A stretch of 62,463 bases of DNA, filler included. It is 7 parts of 7 records of this genome, joined end to end, with 100 filler letters (N's around TTAATTAATTAA, not from the genome) between each part and the next. Parts side by side here need not be neighbours in the genome. Positions count along the whole stretch, not along the records: positions 33,965 to 42,125 come from SRR31156797_70158; positions 42,226 to 51,348 come from SRR31156797_70177; 5 more parts are not named here. One strand, written 5' to 3'. The position numbers and the translations under genes are program-made. This document shows, one piece after another, positions 40,563 through 48,441 of the stretch. Numbering within the stretch: position 1 is the first letter of the stretch; every line of letters begins with the position of its first letter. Under the pieces are notes generated by a model, which saw only the letters and a list, made by a program, of their open reading frames with translations, did no database searches and was not told the origin of the DNA.

Positions 40563-41370
40563 AAGTGAGATAACAACAATTGCAATAGGCGGATTTGATG
40601 GGATGCATTTAGCTCATCAAGAACTTTTCAAGCATTTAGGGAAAAATGGAGGAATTGTAACTATTGAATCAGACTATGCAAATTTAACTCCAAGAACATA
40701 TAGACAAGAGTATTCAGAATATCCTATATATTATTATGTGCTAGAAAATATTAAACACCTAAGTGGATGTGAATTTATAACTTTATTAAAGGAAGAATTT
40801 CCAAACTTAAAAAAAATCGTTGTAGGTTTTGATTTTTGTTTTGGTAAAAATAGAAATAATTGTACAAATGAATTAAAAGATTTATTTGATGGAGAAGTTA
40901 TAGTTGTAGATGAAGTGAAGATAGAAGGTATTTCTGTTCACTCAAGAGTTATTAGAGACTATATAAAAGATGGTAATATAAAAAAAGCAAATACTCTTTT
41001 AGGAAAAGAATATAAAATCTATGGAAAACAAATAAAAGGTCAAGGACTAGGTTCTAAAAGTTTTGTTCCTACGATTAATCTTGATGTAGAAGATTTTATA
41101 TTACCAACAGAAGGTGTTTATCTTACAAAAACTATTATCAATGAAGAAGAATACAATTCTGTAACTTTTACAGGTCATAGAGTTACAACTGATGGAAGCT
41201 TTGCAGTTGAAACACACATTTTAGACAAAAAACTTACAAATAGGTTTTCTATAGTACAAGTTAAATTTGTTGATAAGATTAGAGATAATAAAAAATTTGA
41301 TTCATTTAAAGAATTAAAACATCAAATCGAAGAAGATTTAAATAAAGCTAAAATACTTATAAAACAGTAG
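40531..41370 (+). CDS. ribF: bifunctional riboflavin kinase/FAD synthetase
   Basis: IGGFDGMHLAH, VGFDFCFG, PTINL, ETHIL, IRDNKKF. Confidence 0.95.
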   Translation: MKKSSSILTNKSEITTIAIGGFDGMHLAHQELFKHLGKNGGIVTIESDYANLTPRTYRQEYSEYPIYYYVLENIKHLSGCEFITLLKEEFPNLKKIVVGFDFCFGKNRNNCTNELKDLFDGEVIVVDEVKIEGISVHSRVIRDYIKDGNIKKANTLLGKEYKIYGKQIKGQGLGSKSFVPTINLDVEDFILPTEGVYLTKTIINEEEYNSVTFTGHRVTTDGSFAVETHILDKKLTNRFSIVQVKFVDKIRDNKKFDSFKELKHQIEEDLNKAKILIKQ

Positions 41371-41380
41371 CAAAGGGAGA

Positions 41381-42125
41381 TTAACTCTTAGCTACTTCAA
41401 CTCTATTTCTTCCACCTTTTTTAGCTTCATATAACGCATCATCAGCTATTTTATAAATATCATAACTACTTTTTATATCTTTTCCATTTGCTGTATATAA
41501 TCCACATGAAATTGTTATAAAAGTGCTTGCATTATTATACTTATGTTCTATCTTTAAACTCTCTATTTCCTGTCTAACTAACTCTGCAAAATGAGATGCA
41601 CTATTTAAGCTATTTGATTGAAAAAGAATTGCAAATTCTTCCCCACCTATTCTAAATGGAATATCAGATGAACGCTTACATAAACTGTTAACTTTTTTTC
41701 CTATTGCAATTAAAACCTCATCCCCATTTTGATGACCGTAGTTATCATTGTATTGTTTAAAATTATCAACATCAAAAATTAAAAAGCCAAACCATTCATT
41801 TGTTCTTTTAATCCTATTTATTTCTTGTTCGAAAATTATATTAAAATGCCGTTTGTTATATAAAGTTGTCAATTCATCAGTAATAGACAAAGTTTCTATT
41901 CTTTTTTTATCAGTAATATCACTTCTTATTGAACGATAGCCTGTGATTTCACCATATTTATTGATATCTGGTGTAATAGTAGTATGAACCCAATAACTTT
42001 GTCCATTCTTATTTTTATTTTTTATTTCACCTACCCAGATATGTCCACTTTTTATTGTTTCCCACATATCTTTAAAAACATCAGGTGACATATCTTCATG
42101 TCTTACAATACTATGAGGTTTGCCT
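41381..42125 (-). CDS. PAS-GGDEF diguanylate cyclase, 5' truncated
   Basis: GKPHSIVRHEDM PAS motif, DVDNFK, RSSD I-site, GGEEF, AKKGGRN. Confidence 0.92.
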
Positions 42126-42225
42126 NNNNNNNNNNNNNNNNNNNNNNNNNNNNNNNNNNNNNNNNNNNNTTAATTAATTAANNNNNNNNNNNNNNNNNNN
42201 NNNNNNNNNNNNNNNNNNNNNNNNN
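42126..42225. other. artificial contig spacer
   Basis: N-run + TTAATTAATTAA + N-run. Confidence 0.99.
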
Positions 42226-42440
42226 AAAACGGCTGCAGCAATAACAACAACAGCAACAACTATTATAATTACTGTTGTGTTTGAGCCCGAAGCTTGTTCA
42301 ACATCTGTTAATAAATCTTCCTCCATGTACGAACTGTCTTGAGCACCAAGGTTATCAATATAAGTTCCTTGGTCCTGAGCCATTAATAAAGTTGGTAAGC
42401 TCATGATAAACAGTCCGATCATTGCAATTACTCTTTTCAT
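42226..42440 (-). CDS. small protein with signal peptide, acidic linker and TM helix; 3' truncated
   Basis: MKRVIAMIGLFIMSLPTLLMA-QDQG...SGSNTT-VIIIVVAVVVIAAAV. Confidence 0.7.
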
Positions 42441-42463
42441 CTCTAAAAACTTTTAAATTCTAC

Positions 42464-44407
42464 TTAATCTATTTCTAATTTCTCTTTTACTTTTTTTAAA
42501 AGTGGTGCTGCATTTTTGTAACGGGGATTTACTTTAATCAAATTCCGAAGCGCAAGATAGCTTTTTTTGTAATCTTGTTGATTAAAAAACTTTTGTGCTT
42601 CAAGTAAATAAAACGGTTCGTAATACGGATGTATTGTTCTTCCCTGACTTATCAAAGTTTCGCATTCGTCAAATTCATTTTGTGCCAATTTTAAATTTGC
42701 CAGGTTTACATACAGCCAAACATTATTTGGATCTTTTTTTATTTCGTCTTTTAACAAACGTTCTGCTTCATTCCAATTTCTCTTTTTTAAAGTATTTATG
42801 GCATTTAAATCCTGTTTGTTATCTCGTTTAAGTACCACTACCAAAGGATTTCCTTTATGATAAAATGTTTGTACAACCTTACTTGGGTGCCACTTGTTAT
42901 TTTTAAGTAAGTACGGGTGAATATAATTCACACCAAAAAGCGCATAATCCCAATCGGCCGAACTTCTTTCCAGGTAACGTGTATATTTGAAATCTACATT
43001 GGGTGTTTTATCAAAATAGTTTGGCAAATTACAATTCATGGCAACCACAGCCTTTTCTTCTCCAATTTCAGCAAGCAAATAATCGCTTGCCTCCTTTATT
43101 CCATGAAAGTAGTAGTCGTATTCAAAGTTGCTCCAGGCTGCTTTATTTCCTCCTGAAATTGTATTAAAGTAAACGTAATCAACCGGAAATGTTTTTGCCT
43201 GATGTTGAAAAGGAAGAAACATTAATGCAAAGAATAAAATAGAGGCAGGTAACTTAATAAACTTTTTTGATTTGGAATTGAATAACTCAAAAAATCCGAG
43301 TATTGCCAAAACAGTAAAAACAGGAATTACAAAAAGCATTTGGCGCAATCCACTATACAAATTCGATCCAATTGCTATTACATAAACAATGGGGAATAAC
43401 AGAGTAAAAAAGGCGAACAACTCAATTAAGAGTTGTTCGCTTAAAGGTCTAGAAAACTTATAGGTTAAAAAGGCTATAAAATATATGAACCCGAGAAGTA
43501 TAAACTCCGGGGTTGATATCAGAATCCATTTTATCAGGTAATTCCACGGAAGGATTGAACTCCAGATTACCTGACCTTCAAAAACTTGCTTAATACTTAC
43601 TTTGTAATGCTCCATTACCGAAAGACTTTCAAATGGATGACGCACCACGTCCTGCAAGGCATAGGGCCAGAATAGTAATCCCGCAAAATAACCAAGGGAA
43701 GCTATTAAAAATCCCTGGCCCAATAACCTTACAAAACAAGATTTAGTTGAAACGATATATTTAAGTAAAAAAGGCTTCAAAATTGAAGAAGCAACCAGTG
43801 CCAAACCCAGGTAGGCAAACAGGATTAGTCCGCCAATACGTACCGAACAGGTAAAGGCTATTGCCAATGCCAAATAAATTGCAGTTGTCCATTTGGGGTG
43901 GGGGAGCTGTTTTATAAATCTTATAATAAAATAAATACCAGCGATGTAACCTGTGGCAAAAGGAATGTCTTTCAGATTGCCAAAGGCCTGGCCAAACAAT
44001 CGTGGCGAAAGCATTAGCGCAATAACGGTAAGGAATGAGATCCAATACGATCCACCTAATTCCTTTCCCAGCAATCCGGCAAATACCAATAACATGAAAA
44101 AGAAAAATGCACCGGTAAAGTGTCTGGTTAAGAATTCTTTTTCAATAGTAAAAGCACGATTAATTAGTGCAGTAAAGTTATCTACCGATTGACCGTAGTA
44201 TTGAAGGTTGTCAGGAGAGTCGAGGCATGAGCCGTCTTCACCACCTGTAAAATACCAGTTTACCACTTTTTTAGCGTGTGGGTAGTGCAACATTTCGTCG
44301 ACATTAACAGCTGCTTTTGGGGCCAGAAATGCCAGAATTATTGCTGCAAGAACCAAGCTGGCAACAAAGGCATTTCGTGCTGTTATTATGTCAACGTATT
44401 TATTCAT
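42464..44407 (-). CDS. GT-C (ArnT/PMT-like) membrane glycosyltransferase with C-terminal TPR
   Basis: VDE motif after TM1, NLKDIPFA, many TM helices, DYY, TPR-like C-terminus (DPNNVWLYVNLA). Confidence 0.8.
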   Translation of the reverse strand: MNKYVDIITARNAFVASLVLAAIILAFLAPKAAVNVDEMLHYPHAKKVVNWYFTGGEDGSCLDSPDNLQYYGQSVDNFTALINRAFTIEKEFLTRHFTGAFFFFMLLVFAGLLGKELGGSYWISFLTVIALMLSPRLFGQAFGNLKDIPFATGYIAGIYFIIRFIKQLPHPKWTTAIYLALAIAFTCSVRIGGLILFAYLGLALVASSILKPFLLKYIVSTKSCFVRLLGQGFLIASLGYFAGLLFWPYALQDVVRHPFESLSVMEHYKVSIKQVFEGQVIWSSILPWNYLIKWILISTPEFILLGFIYFIAFLTYKFSRPLSEQLLIELFAFFTLLFPIVYVIAIGSNLYSGLRQMLFVIPVFTVLAILGFFELFNSKSKKFIKLPASILFFALMFLPFQHQAKTFPVDYVYFNTISGGNKAAWSNFEYDYYFHGIKEASDYLLAEIGEEKAVVAMNCNLPNYFDKTPNVDFKYTRYLERSSADWDYALFGVNYIHPYLLKNNKWHPSKVVQTFYHKGNPLVVVLKRDNKQDLNAINTLKKRNWNEAERLLKDEIKKDPNNVWLYVNLANLKLAQNEFDECETLISQGRTIHPYYEPFYLLEAQKFFNQQDYKKSYLALRNLIKVNPRYKNAAPLLKKVKEKLEID

Positions 44408-45314
44408 AAATTTCTTTAATCAAATAAGTGGGACGTTTCTGAACCTCTTTGTATATGCGATAAATATATTCTCCAATTAGTCCCAAAAAGGTGAGCTGAA
44501 CTGATCCAAAAAAACTGATGGCCATAAATGTGGAAGACCAGCCAAACGGAGCTAGTCCGGTGAATTTTGATGCCAAAGTATAGACAATTGCAAAGAGAAA
44601 TACCACTACTCCCAAAAGCCCAAGGTACAAACAGGCTTTAATTGGCCATTTGGAGAAGGAATAAATGGCATCGGCAGCCAATGCAAAAAGCTTTTTATGA
44701 CTCATTTTGGCTTGCCCCATGGTTCTTTCAGGACGGTCGAATTCCACTGTTTCATGCTGAAATCCAATAAAATTACGGATCCCGGGGAAATAGCGGTTTT
44801 GTTCGTTAAACTTTAAAATGGCATCAACTGCCCGCCGGCTTAAGATGCAAAAGTTTCCGGCTTGTTCCAGTTGCTCCTCAACCGAAACGTTTCTGAAAAC
44901 TTTATGGAAAATGTTGATGTAGAGACGTTTGCTGATTCGTTCTCCTCTTTTGCTTCGAACAGCCGAAACAACGTCTGCTTTTGATGATTTCATTTTAGAA
45001 TACAACTGGCTAATAACTGCAGGAGGATCTTGCAGGTCGCCATCCATTACTACAACATAATCGCCAGATGTGTGGTCCATTCCGGCGGCCAGGGCAGCCT
45101 GTAACCCAAAGTTGCGGGATAAGGAAATTATTCTTAGCTCCTTCTTTTCTGTTTTTTGTTGCAAAAGCCTGTCCAGGGTATTATCTGTGCTTCCGTCGTC
45201 AACACACACTACTTCGAAAGGCTTGCCAATGGCCTGCATACTTTGATGAACCTGACTCAAAAGGTCAGGAACTAAAGCACTTTCGTTGTATAATGGTATT
45301 ACTACGGAAATCAT
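44400..45314 (-). CDS. GT2 polyprenol-phosphate glycosyltransferase (GtrB/ArnC-like)
   Basis: SVVIPLYNE, VDDGSTD, SRNFG, MDGDLQDPP, two C-terminal TMs, IGEYI, RPTY. Confidence 0.92.
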   Translation of the reverse strand: MISVVIPLYNESALVPDLLSQVHQSMQAIGKPFEVVCVDDGSTDNTLDRLLQQKTEKKELRIISLSRNFGLQAALAAGMDHTSGDYVVVMDGDLQDPPAVISQLYSKMKSSKADVVSAVRSKRGERISKRLYINIFHKVFRNVSVEEQLEQAGNFCILSRRAVDAILKFNEQNRYFPGIRNFIGFQHETVEFDRPERTMGQAKMSHKKLFALAADAIYSFSKWPIKACLYLGLLGVVVFLFAIVYTLASKFTGLAPFGWSSTFMAISFFGSVQLTFLGLIGEYIYRIYKEVQKRPTYLIKEIYE

Positions 45315-45323
45315 AGATTAATT

Positions 45324-46667
45324 TTAAGTGTTATGTTGTATACCGGGAACCGGAACCGGGAATTCCATATCAACAGGTCCCATTTCGTATTTATCCGGCC
45401 CAAGTTTCATATTCGAAGTCATCATCTCTTCCCAACTAACTTTTTGTCCGGTGTAGGCAGCTGTTCTTCCCATAATTGCCGTGAGGGTTGATACCGCAGT
45501 GCGGTGTGCCTCTACAATCGGTTTGTTGGTTCGTATGGATGTTACTAAGTGAATGTGTTCCTGGATATAAGGCGAAACTGAAACAACACCCGTTGAACGA
45601 CCATCTTTATTCTTTGGGTATTCATAGGTCCATTTTACCGAACCGTCGTGATTAAAAATGGTGTTTTTACAGTTGGTGTATCCTTCAGTTCCAACAACAA
45701 ATTCTCCCAGCTGGTTGGCACATCCGTCCATTTGGCGCGAGAAACTGTGTGACGAAATGCCGTTTCCAAAATCAAAGTCGATGCTAAAGAAATCGTACTG
45801 ATCGCCGGTTAATCGGTGGTGGCGACCTCCAAATCCAACGGCAGTTTCAGGGTGTTTACCCATAAACCAGTTTACAATATCAATGTTGTGAACGTGTGTA
45901 TCAAGAATATGGTCGCCACATAACCAGCAGAAATTATTCCAGTTACGCAACATATATTCCATATCGCTCCAGCCTTCTTCTCGTGTGCGAAACCAAACAT
46001 GTGACTGCATCCAGAAAGCTTTGGCCGAAACGATATCTCCGATAGCACCACCTGCCACTTGGCGGTAAGTTTCAACATAATCGCGCTGATGACGGCGTTG
46101 TGTTCCGGTAATTACACTTAATCCAATATTTTCTGCCTTTTTGGCTGTTGCCATAATTTGGCGTGCACCAACCGGATCAACACAAACAGGTTTTTCCAGA
46201 AATACATGTTTCTTGGCCTGAACTGCTGCATCAAAATGCATGGGGCGGAAATGAGGAGGTGTGGCTAAAATTACTACATCCAAATCAACTTCAAGTAGTT
46301 GTTTATAGGCATCAAATCCCCAAAAACAATTCTTTTCAGTAACCTCAACTCTTTGTTTTAATAGTTTATTTCTGCAATCCCAAACTTTATCTTCAAAAAC
46401 ATCGGCAAGGGCTACCAGGTGCAGGTCGTGTCCTGCAGCTAAAAAGTTAAGGGCAGCACCAGTACCGCGATTACCGCAACCTACCAATCCTGCTCTTAGT
46501 TTTTTCCCGTCTGGAGCCTGATCCAGTAAGGGGGGGAATTCATAATCAACTTCTTTTAAGGTGCCCTTTTTGCAAGAGTTTAAAGCACTCACCCCAATGA
46601 CACCGGCAGCACCAATAAGTGCCGATTTCTCCAGGAAATTTCTGCGTGATAGTTGATTTTTATCCAT
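45324..46667 (-). CDS. Tat-exported (lipo)protein, Gfo/Idh/MocA oxidoreductase
   Basis: SRRNFL, LNSC lipobox, GCGNRG, ATPPHFRP, EKP, GTQRRH, HNID. Confidence 0.92.
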   Translation of the reverse strand: MDKNQLSRRNFLEKSALIGAAGVIGVSALNSCKKGTLKEVDYEFPPLLDQAPDGKKLRAGLVGCGNRGTGAALNFLAAGHDLHLVALADVFEDKVWDCRNKLLKQRVEVTEKNCFWGFDAYKQLLEVDLDVVILATPPHFRPMHFDAAVQAKKHVFLEKPVCVDPVGARQIMATAKKAENIGLSVITGTQRRHQRDYVETYRQVAGGAIGDIVSAKAFWMQSHVWFRTREEGWSDMEYMLRNWNNFCWLCGDHILDTHVHNIDIVNWFMGKHPETAVGFGGRHHRLTGDQYDFFSIDFDFGNGISSHSFSRQMDGCANQLGEFVVGTEGYTNCKNTIFNHDGSVKWTYEYPKNKDGRSTGVVSVSPYIQEHIHLVTSIRTNKPIVEAHRTAVSTLTAIMGRTAAYTGQKVSWEEMMTSNMKLGPDKYEMGPVDMEFPVPVPGIQHNT

Positions 46668-46672
46668 AGTAT

Positions 46673-48193
46673 TTAGTTTTTTTCAGCATTAAACATATCT
46701 TCATCGTACTCGCAAACTACCCTGAATCCAACACTTTTTGTATCAGAATACCACCAAATGCTTTTGGGGATTTGCGGATCGGTAACCAACCAGGCTTCTG
46801 TTCTGGTAAAATCACGTCGGGCAACCCTGAGGTCTTTGGGTGTATTTTTAAACGAACCTCCCCGAACCACGTGTTCCATTCCGTTTCTTGGGCCTCGTGG
46901 ATTCCGCACAACACCCTTTGGGTATTTTCCATACACTTTCGGATCGTAAAAATCGAGACAGAACTCGGCAACATTTCCCAACATATTTTTTAGACCATAA
47001 GGATTGGTCTCAATGTTTTCCGGTGCCTGTGTTTTATTCGAACTATTATCGTAATAAACAACATACCTGTTTATTATTTCTTTATTGCTGCCGAATAATT
47101 TTTTTAAGAACCCATCAGCTTCAAAATCTTTAGGCGATCCTTCAAAGAAATAAGGAGTTTGAGTTCCTCCGCGAGCGGCATATTCCCATTCAGCTTCGGT
47201 GGGTAACCGGTATTTCTTCCCAGTTACCTGACTTAGCCAGCGGCAATACGTTTGTGCCGCATGATGACTCATCGTAATGGCAGGATTGCTGCCTTTGCCC
47301 CAGCCTTGATCGGGTGCTCCCCAGGGAGGTGTAGGCCCCGAGATACCATCTACCTCTTCATTAATTTCTACCGCTTCTTTTCGACCTTGAGATCCTGTAG
47401 CTGCAAAAAAGGCCAGGTATTCATCCCAGGAGACTTCAATTTCTGCCATCCAGAAATTATCAACAAGAACATCTCTCACCGGTCCTTCATCTCTGTGTCG
47501 ATAAGATTCATCGGCCAGACTTCCCATTTTAAATTGTCCACCTGGTATTGCAATCATTTTAAATGATACTGCAGTCCCCGGAATTTTTTCACTAAATGAT
47601 TTGAATTCTGAAATCGTTGTTGCTTCTGCAAAAATCTCCTTTGGTTCTGTATCTTCTTCCTCAACCAGCAATGTTGTTTCTCCTCTGTAATGACCGGTAT
47701 TATGATGGCACTGCAAACACGAGTTATTCTCAGGATCGCGAATGTATTTTATATGTTGCTGACACCCTTGAGCACTTAAGGTAGACGGAAACATATTAGT
47801 GTGGCATTTTAAACATCCATCCTCGTATACAAAACGTTGTGCTGTTTCAGCTGATCTTTTGGCAGCCCAGTCAATTTCTTCAATATCCATGGTTAGGTAT
47901 GCATACAAGTCATGAAAACCGTGGTAAGCCTTTCTTGTTAGAAAATGCATCGTTTGATCTTCGGGCGGTAAATGACAATCTACACAATCTGCCGAAACAC
48001 CGCTTGGTGTGTTATGGTGTGGTGAAAGCTTGTAACTCGCATCGGCGTGTGGGTGAACATGGCATGAATTACAGAAGTCGTTTGATGAAGTGTAGTGTAT
48101 TGTTTTATTGAACAAAAACAAAAGAGCAATAACGCTCAGTCCTCCGGCTACAAAAATCAGGTAGTGTTTTCGTTTAATTGTTTTACCAGTCAT
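46673..48193 (-). CDS. NrfH/NapC-type tetrahaem cytochrome c fused to an FGE-sulfatase (SUMF1-fold) domain
   Basis: N-terminal TM and four CxxCH motifs (CNSCH, CVDCH, CLKCH, CLQCH), then FKMGS, RLPTEAEWEYAARGG, NPYGL, GNVAE, RGGS and GFRVV. Confidence 0.9.
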   Translation of the reverse strand: MTGKTIKRKHYLIFVAGGLSVIALLFLFNKTIHYTSSNDFCNSCHVHPHADASYKLSPHHNTPSGVSADCVDCHLPPEDQTMHFLTRKAYHGFHDLYAYLTMDIEEIDWAAKRSAETAQRFVYEDGCLKCHTNMFPSTLSAQGCQQHIKYIRDPENNSCLQCHHNTGHYRGETTLLVEEEDTEPKEIFAEATTISEFKSFSEKIPGTAVSFKMIAIPGGQFKMGSLADESYRHRDEGPVRDVLVDNFWMAEIEVSWDEYLAFFAATGSQGRKEAVEINEEVDGISGPTPPWGAPDQGWGKGSNPAITMSHHAAQTYCRWLSQVTGKKYRLPTEAEWEYAARGGTQTPYFFEGSPKDFEADGFLKKLFGSNKEIINRYVVYYDNSSNKTQAPENIETNPYGLKNMLGNVAEFCLDFYDPKVYGKYPKGVVRNPRGPRNGMEHVVRGGSFKNTPKDLRVARRDFTRTEAWLVTDPQIPKSIWWYSDTKSVGFRVVCEYDEDMFNAEKN

Positions 48194-48374
48194 TCTAAAT
48201 CTATTTGAACAACAATATTACCCGCGTGCAATTAGTTGTAACTTAACATTGTTGATAAGAACTACTTAACGGCATCTTAATATTATATTAATTAATTTAG
48301 TAAGTGGCTGAAATAAAAATAGATAACTAAATAATAAATTTCGCTAAAAAAAATTGTTTTATCTTTAAATTTAA

Positions 48375-48382
48375 TATATTTG
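48375..48382 (+). promoter_or_regulatory. Bacteroidota -7 promoter element
   Basis: TATATTTG matches TAnnTTTG, about 60 nt before ATG 48442, with a TTG about 20 nt upstream. Confidence 0.45.
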
Positions 48383-48441
48383 AAGCTAAAATAATATCAA
48401 ATTAAGAGTATATCTTGCTCTGTTCGAAGAGGGATTGAGAG

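Noticed and set aside
46673-46900. FGE/C-type-lectin C-terminus as a diversity-generating retroelement target
   Set aside because: No template repeat or reverse transcriptase was seen on the contig.
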